64,000 nucleotides of DNA from Octopus vulgaris (lineage: Eukaryota): NCBI GenBank assembly GCA_951406725.2, contig OX597825.1, positions 59,706,001 to 59,770,000 on the forward strand, written 5' to 3'. The notes under the pieces were generated by a model that ran no database searches, was not told the DNA's origin, and saw only the letters and a list, made by a program, of their open reading frames with translations. The position numbers and the translations under genes are program-made. Below are positions 55,742 to 64,000 of this stretch, one piece after another; positions within the stretch are counted from its first letter, which is position 1; each line of letters starts with the position of its first letter.

Positions 55742-56642
55742 CCCAATGTGAATATTAACTGTCAAAACACTACCAAGATGCCTATTACACGCATAAAGAT
55801 GACATTGCAGGAGACACTCTCCGTCAGCTGTGAATAAGGGGTCACCTCAATACTTTAGACAGTATTTGTGCCATTTGGTTGTGCCGAGCAGTATCGGAGA
55901 ATATTCATGACCTTTACGCTTATGCTCTTGTTCTGTTTCTTTATACGTTATTCATACGCCAGTCATTAATCCGGAAACAAATGACGACATTCTAAAAGTA
56001 TTCCTATCCGTGGTAAATCATTGCTCTACTACCATCTTTATGCACAATGTAATATATTAACCCATACACGTTCTTCATTGTTTGATGCATATTTGTTAAA
56101 ATATTAGTAACAATAAAAGAAAAACATTTATTTCCCTTAGTAAGTATAAAAGTGAAAGAAGCAATATTTACAAATACACACATACAGACACACAACACAT
56201 ACACACACAAATATGTATAAACGAGTTATATATTTTTGCTTCATAAAGCTTAAACACACAAATACATATACTCAAATACCCACACCGACCCATCACATAC
56301 ATAGATACACGCATGCTTATTATATAAGTCAGACATTATAACAAAGCGAATTCGTATTAATTTTTTTGAAGTAAGTATCAGGATCTTCTCTATTTTTCAT
56401 AGATTCTGCTCGGTTTCAGGCTAAATTACAATGTATAAACTGAAACTTTATCGAAAATTCATAATATGATATTGTTCTTCTCACATCTGCCCGTATCTTT
56501 TTTTTTATTTTTTCATACTTCACGATTTGTACAAAGACCAACATCATGTCTAACAACACGCATGTAAGAAACATAATCACTTTTTCTTACTGCATTGCTG
56601 TCAACACACAAAGTCACAAAGACAGAGAGACACACATAGACA

Positions 56643-56674
<32 letters not shown>

Positions 56675-56738
56675 GAAACTCAGAGACACGCACACAGGTA
56701 TACTCACTATTCAACCAATACATATTAACAAATTGAAA

Positions 56739-56769
<31 letters not shown>

Positions 56770-56850
56770 CACATACACATATATATATGTATATGTATGT
56801 ACAAGTATACATACACATAAGTATTTATGGATGTACATTTATATATGCAT

Positions 56851-56894
<44 letters not shown>

Positions 56895-57026
56895 ACCAAC
56901 TTAAATAAATACTTACATATAATATCTATACGTTGACATACATATGTGCATATATATATATGCACACACACATACACACACACACATATATTAATCTCAT
57001 TCTCTTTTCTCTCTTTCTCTCACTCC

Positions 57027-57089
<63 letters not shown>

Positions 57090-57973
57090 CATATACATAC
57101 ATATATATATACATACATATATATATATACATATATATATACATGCATATATATATGCATACACACATTTGTACGCATTTGTGTATATGTATGTGTTCAC
57201 TAATATCAAAATAAACTCTTTTATACATAATGACTATAGCACATCAGTCATAGTAGGAAGAGCGAGATAGTAAGAAAAATCTATCTACACATAGGCATGC
57301 AATGAGAGGCATGCGTATATAGTTATATAATTACACACGCATATACACAGATGTATCTGTGTGCATTTGCGTGTCTTGGTGAATAATCTTCTGCTTATAT
57401 ACTTTCATACATTGATCACATAGAAAATGTTTACACATTCACACACACATATACGTACGTGTAATATATATATATATATATATGAGAGAGAGAAAGAACG
57501 TTAGAAATAATATTAGGCTGCAGATTATGATGTCGGCTGCAGCCTGCTAAAGAACATTGCTAAGAAGTTGAATGGAAAGTTGTCTCCAGAGATTTACACG
57601 TTTAGTGTTTGTATTGATAAGTTCTGAAGACAGAACTTCATTAAATTTACAACTGCGAAACACGAATATGTAATTTGCTATGACAAACATCATTTCGATT
57701 GAAGCGAATTCAACACACGAAGAAATTTCGGAAAAAATAAAAATATACATACACAATAAGCACAGTAAAAATCATTCTACTATTCAAAAAGATTTTGACA
57801 CATTACAATTCAGACAATAACTCATGAGGTGAATATATATATATATATATATATACATATACACATACTCTTTCTCACATACACACACACGATCACACAC
57901 GTACACACGCATATATATATATATATATATACATGCATATATACATATGTACGCGTATATATGTACATATACA

Positions 57974-58042
<69 letters not shown>

Positions 58043-58318
58043 ACATATAAATATGACCGAATATATACATAGCAATATATTTATGCATATGTGAAGATGT
58101 GTGCATCCATATGTATGTATATGTTACATATATATGCATTATGTAACACATACACACACACGTACATATGTACATATAGATATATAATATATATGTATAT
58201 CAATCTATCTATATATATGCGTATATGAACACACACACGCACTTACACACACATACACACACATACACACGCATATGTATATACATAAATAGATACATAT
58301 ATACACGTACATATGTGC

Positions 58319-58371
<53 letters not shown>

Positions 58372-58604
58372 CTTTTATACATATGCATATATATAAATAT
58401 CCACGTATATATACATAGCAATATATATGCATATACGAAGATGTGAGCATTCACATGTATGTAAATGTAACATATACATGCACTATGTAAAACATACGCA
58501 TACATGTAGATTTATAATATATGTGTACTCAATCTATATATGCGTATATGCATATGAACACACAAACACATACACACGCACACAAATACGTGTGAACATA
58601 TATG

Positions 58605-58637
<33 letters not shown>

Positions 58638-58879
58638 GTATATATATATACATATATAACTTTATATATAAATATTATATTTGTGTATGTGAATATACGT
58701 ATGTACACAAAAATATCTATGTATGTATATTTGTATTTGTATTCATATACCATCGCATATAGGCATGTTTGAAATATAAAAAAGCGTGTAAACAAAGTGT
58801 ATAAGAATACTACAAGGACGCAGAGAAGTAAAAGCATTAAAATAAGGTTAATAACAACAATGACAACGATAACAGTAAT

Positions 58880-59012
<133 letters not shown>

Positions 59013-59315
59013 TCAAAAGAGAAGGATAACAATAAGAGCGTAATATTGCATTGTAAAATTGCTCTGAAGATTAACTACTCTGATCAATATATTGTTTCTT
59101 TGAATACAAACCAAGAACCTACCATTTCAGAAAAAAAAACAAACAAAAAAACAGAAATAAAAGAAAATTAAAATTCTTAAAACATCAAAAATATCGTTTC
59201 TGGTTGTAAAATTCTCGTTTTATTTCACCACCATAATAGTACCTTTAAGTGTATGTGCAAGTGTACACGTGCGACGTGTGAATGTTTGTGTGTGTATGGG
59301 ATATACCAGTATCTG

Positions 59316-59356
<41 letters not shown>

Positions 59357-59494
59357 TGGCTATTCGCAATTTAGAAGCGATAGGCAACAAGTTCAATTGT
59401 CACTAAATTGACGGAGGATGCTAGTAAGCACCAGCATTGGTAGAAATAAGAGTCGAAACAGCTCATAGCATCTTACATGCTCATAAACACGTAC

Positions 59495-59546
59495 ATCGCC
59501 TGGTCTGAGAGTCCGCTGCTCTAACCACTAGGCCATGTGCCTCCAC
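59495..59546 (-). mobile_element. Isolated SINE group C tRNA-like head
   Basis: Minus-strand gtggaggcacatggcctagtggttagagcagcggactc matches the head at 5897. Confidence 0.7.
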
Positions 59547-59644
59547 TATTTTTAATAGAATTTTGGTAAATATATCTGTTAAAATGAGATGTCAGTGTTA
59601 TTTTCATTTCTGCGTAATTTAGACGACAATATATTCACTCTCAC

Positions 59645-60409
59645 ATACAGTGTGTGATCTGGGGATTGATATGAGAGACGATGCCTCGTTCAAGAAAGAT
59701 GATGGCAATGCGCAAGCGAATTACCGGATGGATTTTGAAAACCTTCAGAACAAGGGATCAGAAAGCTATGTTGGTTCTATGGAGGACATTATTACTCCAC
59801 TGTTTGGTCTACTACTGCCAACTGTGGTCAACTTATAGTGACACACTAATAGCGGAAGCTGGAGCAGTTCAGCGGTGCTAAATCAAGTAGGTTGAATCGA
59901 GGGAACAGCTGAGCTACTGGAAGAAGCTGAATCAACTACGATTTTACTCCCTGGAGCGAATACAGATGGGGGAAGGTATGCAGTGATATACGTATGGAAG
60001 ATCCTTGAGGGACTGACACGAAAATTTGGTAAGGAGAACTATACCACTCCCCTAACTGGGCGTTACGGCACTGTTCCAAACGTCCCCACTACCCTTTCTA
60101 TATTTAGGGCCATGTACTGCTGCAATAGCTTGTGATTCAAGGGCCTACAGCTATTTCATTCCTTGCCAAAACATCGAAGAGTTCTTCATGGAATAGAGCG
60201 AGGTGTTTTCAAGAAACAACTTGACCTCTTGTTATTCAAGGTCTCAGATGAACTTAGATATATGTTGTAGGAAATGCAAAATAGTGCAGGAATGTCAAAA
60301 TCCCTCCTTCTCCAAAAGCCAATCATGTAAGATTGACTGTTGAAAAGGTGATTATACCTCGGTGCTCCAGGACGGCCACAGCCTTAGAAGTGAAACGTGT
60401 AAAGGAATA
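59645..60409 (+). mobile_element. CR1/L2-group LINE 3' fragment with 3' tail
   Basis: GWILKTFRTRD..MLVLWRTL..YYCQLWS..AVQR, LSYWKKLNQLRFYSLER, YAVIYVWKILEGL, KGLQLF..LPK, FKKQLD. Confidence 0.82.
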
Positions 60410-60459
60410 TCTCTCTATATCTCTATCTCTCTCTCTATGTATATATATATATATATATA

Positions 60460-60745
60460 ATAAAATATTAGGGAATAAATTCAAACTTACAGGGAAAACT
60501 CAGATTTAGGATTGAATCCAATTTTATAGTAAAATATTATATTATATTAAATTAGAGATAAAACCACTATTAGGCAAATCATACAATGAAAAACTTAAGC
60601 CAATACATACGATTAATTAATTTATATTATTTAAATATATATCAAAATTATTAAAAAAGATAATTAATATAACACTACGATCGTTTCATGGCTGTTCAAT
60701 TCTTAAAATTTCCGAGTTACTGTCATTCTTCAGGAGGTTTAAATA
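60460..60745 (-). mobile_element. TA-flanked element carrying a hammerhead-like motif (60671-60740)
   Basis: Minus-strand aaacctc CTGAAGA atg..(long stem II)..cat GAAA cgatcg TA gtgtt. Confidence 0.6.
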
Positions 60746-61057
60746 TTTAATATATATACGTATATATTAATTATATATACGTATATATAGACAAAAATAT
60801 ATAAATATACATACATACATACATTCATATATATATGCATCAAGGAAAACGGTGGTAAACACAGTTGGTGTTACATATATAAGCATTAAACACAGTGTGA
60901 TTCAGCCCCATGCAGCTTAAACATTCTTAGACTCATCTACAGAAACACAGCCCTTCGAGCGAGGTACCAGTGAGAAGCCTACGATTCGTTAAAGTATATA
61001 GAATCATATTTGTTTGTGTTGTGTTTTTGTGTATATATAAACATATCTATCTATCTG

Positions 61058-61126
<69 letters not shown>

Positions 61127-61157
61127 ATCTATCTATCTAAATATATACATATAAATA

Positions 61158-61422
61158 TATCTATACAATATGTTACATTACTCGGTAGTCAAGATAAAAC
61201 TCTGAGTTTCAGATGCCGAAGTGGAAATCCACAACACCATCTCTTCGGTAATCTGGCTAAGATAACCGAAGAGATGGTGTTGTGGATTTCCACTTCGGCA
61301 TCTGAAACTCAGAGTTTTATCTTGACTACCGAGTAATGTAACATATTGTATAGATAAATTTCCTCTATTTACATAATATTGAGATCTCTTTCTTTCTTTT
61401 GTTATCTTACCGTTTTATCAAT
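61158..61422 (+). mobile_element. Fold-back element (97-bp arms, 5-nt loop) with a hammerhead-like motif in each arm
   Basis: Arms 61158-61254 and 61260-61356 with one mismatch; plus-strand aagataa CCGAAGA gatg..catct GAAA ctc-a-gag TT ttatctt. Confidence 0.85.
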
Positions 61423-61486
61423 ACATATAAATATAGATATATATGTATGTATATCAATAAATTTATGCATTTATATACATACATTC

Positions 61487-61522
<36 letters not shown>

Positions 61523-63684
61523 TCGTGTATGTGTGTGTACGTATGTTTGTCTGAATGTATATCTAATAGGTATTAAATGGTATAAATTTCTGAATGTGAG
61601 GGTTGTTAATGTGTCGCTAATTAGAAGCCATTATAACTTTTAGGTTTCTCATTTGATGAAATCATTTTTTAAAGATTGTATCTCATTTGCTTTATTAGGA
61701 ACAATTACGTTGTAAAAATCATTTTTTCGAACGGTTAGGTAGATTTTCTCAAGTGTTTAATTTAAAATTCATTAAAATATAAACGATAAACAAAAGAGTA
61801 GATATCGGAAAATCAAATTCATCATTCTTACAGAATAGGCGATGAATCAACATTAGTAGATACATCTAACTGTTATTCTGGAATATATTAATCTCATACT
61901 CCAGCATGGCCTTGTCTGTGATTACCTTGTCTATGATGGCTTAAGATGGACGAATCTACCTCTGATTTAGATTCCTACAAAATTCTTCATGAATAATTTC
62001 ACTTTTTAAAGCCCACAGATGATTAAAATTCTATAGTAGTTTGATTGAAATGCAAATTAGACTGATCTAGTGCTAGTTAATCGATAACGCTCCTCTGAGT
62101 AAAAACATTTTTTTATAATCCTTGGTTGAATCTTATACTATCTTTATTCCATCTCTATTTCGATACTTTCTTTCCTTATAGTTCATGGCTGCTAGCTTTC
62201 CTCTGTTCCACAAGATTATCTTTACTGACTTACTTTATTATTATATAATTAATGATATTGTACGTAATACCTGTTAATAAAAGATAATTTTTAGTTTGAA
62301 ACATCAACTGATAGGTTAAATCCAGTTAAGTCTTTCTATTTAGATTGCTTTAAACGAATTTATTTGAGATGAATAATTTTCTGGTGTCTGCAAAACTCTG
62401 GGAAGTTGAAATTGCCTACATACAGGCACACTAATCAGTTATGATTAAAATAAAACAGCGTAAATTTATATTTAACAGTTTCACGTACACAAATGTGTTC
62501 AGACCTTCGCAGTGATAACTGCCTAGGAAGAAATATTCTTTTCATGAACGATCTTTGTAGAAATACACTAAAGGGGGCTATTTCATTCTACAGCTGAGGT
62601 TTTCATGGCTTCTATCGTATTCAGAAGTTTTTTCCATCTTTATGACAAAATCATTATAATTTCTATGTCTCTATTAAGCTGTTAGAAATAATGCAAGGAG
62701 ATATGTACAATGAAATATAGTTTATTACCATAAGTAAGGATACTTAAGCTGCAGAAGCGTGCAATTGTGAATTCGTTTGCTTTCATTACCTGTTAGAAGA
62801 AACCAGCCCTTGTATATCTGTTTCTGAAACATTGTATTCAATGGTTCTTCAAGAATTTAGTGGTGATTCATAATATTTTTACGTACAGAGAAAAAGTACA
62901 AAAGTGAGAATTTATGGAAAAGAACTAATAGGAAAAAATAAAATAAAACGTGAGAGAAAAATCAACAATACGTGTAAGAATTAGCACTTGGTAAGCATTT
63001 CTTTCTAGAAACTTTTATATCCATTTTTCAAGGACATATTGACCTAAGATATAAACGCTTCTTATAATTACAGCACTGTCAGATTTCTTTACAGAACCAA
63101 TTTTAGTTTCTGACTAGCTTCACGTCTATTTTAGCATCATTGTTAGGTGAGATCAAAGGTCAGAATCAACGTTCTGAAGTGGAATAACGTAGTTAATTCT
63201 TCTTCTTACCAATTGTCACTCTCAACTGTTCTCTTTATATTTTTTTGACAATGCTGTTCTATTCTGTAATAGCCTGGTTAAATAAATGCAGCTAAAAACT
63301 CCCTCGTTTACTGAAAAAAAACTTATATTTTTCTTTCATTGTAGACATATAAAGCAAGTGATTCTGTCATAACATTCTAGTCTAAGCAAAAGAAAATATC
63401 TCTATGTATAAATTCAACTTTGTATTAAGGGGATACAAAAATATGCGTCTATTCCGAACAGCTGCTTGGATAGCGTGTGTAGCGTATTTATGTTGTACAA
63501 GTTGTATTTCTTGAAAAGGAAGCAGTCGTATCTCATTTATATACATACACTTGCATACACACACGCCTGTGTGCAAGTATATTTGTGTATATATATATAT
63601 ATATATTTATATTTGTATACATATATATATATATGAATATATATATGTGTGTGTGTATATATATATCTGTATACATATATATAT

Positions 63685-63719
<35 letters not shown>

Positions 63720-64000
63720 ATTAATCAATATAGGGTGGCAAAAAATTTGTAGAATTCTTTTGCCACCAGCGGCCTAGTAGGAAAAAATTAAATAGTCATA
63801 AACCATTTTTACGTTCAACATCACAATCAAGGAACGGCCATAATAGGCCATTCACCCACTAGAAATAACAGCCAAAAGCTTTAACCGCAAAATAACATTA
63901 ATACCGTAAACCAGGAGAAAATTGAAAACTTTTACCCTGTAATTTCTTAGACGATGCACCGTTTCATCTACCGTTTAATGGTAAACTAACCTGATTAAAT
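63720..64000 (-). mobile_element. TA-anchored element related to 42910-43140, running off the window end
   Basis: Shared aatcaatata.gggt..caaaaaatt..accagcgg..aaatagtca..ttcaaca..aaggaa..accgcaaaa blocks. Confidence 0.75.

Noticed and set aside
59405-59475. cggagga..gaaacagct hammerhead-like fragment
   Set aside because: Core, stem III closure and stem I are all defective

Overview
AT-rich, microsatellite-saturated animal (eukaryotic) DNA; the repeat content suggests an octopus/coleoid cephalopod, which is an inference. I cannot support any host protein-coding gene: almost all ORFs in the track are translations of (TA)n, (CA)n, (TACA)n, (TATC)n or trinucleotide tracts. Recognisable content is transposon-derived: a near-intact R4/Dong-type RT+RLE retrotransposon ending in (TAA)n (1-2723), an older relative (~54.8-55.5 kb), RTE, CR1-like and L1/Tx1-like 3' fragments, a decayed Ty3/Gypsy pol (~49.7-51.9 kb), three mariner remnants, two MITEs and many copies of three tRNA-derived SINE groups. 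The most interesting signal is a set of short non-coding elements anchored on (TA)n tracts. They carry type I hammerhead-ribozyme motifs (9.15, 60.7 and 61.3 kb; partial or decayed at 32.7, 43.2, 47.1 and 63.95 kb) and/or long fold-back arms (27.1, 43.0, 47.5 and 61.2 kb). This fits non-autonomous Penelope-like/retrozyme-type elements that target TA repeats. Coordinates were read by eye and may be off by a few bases.
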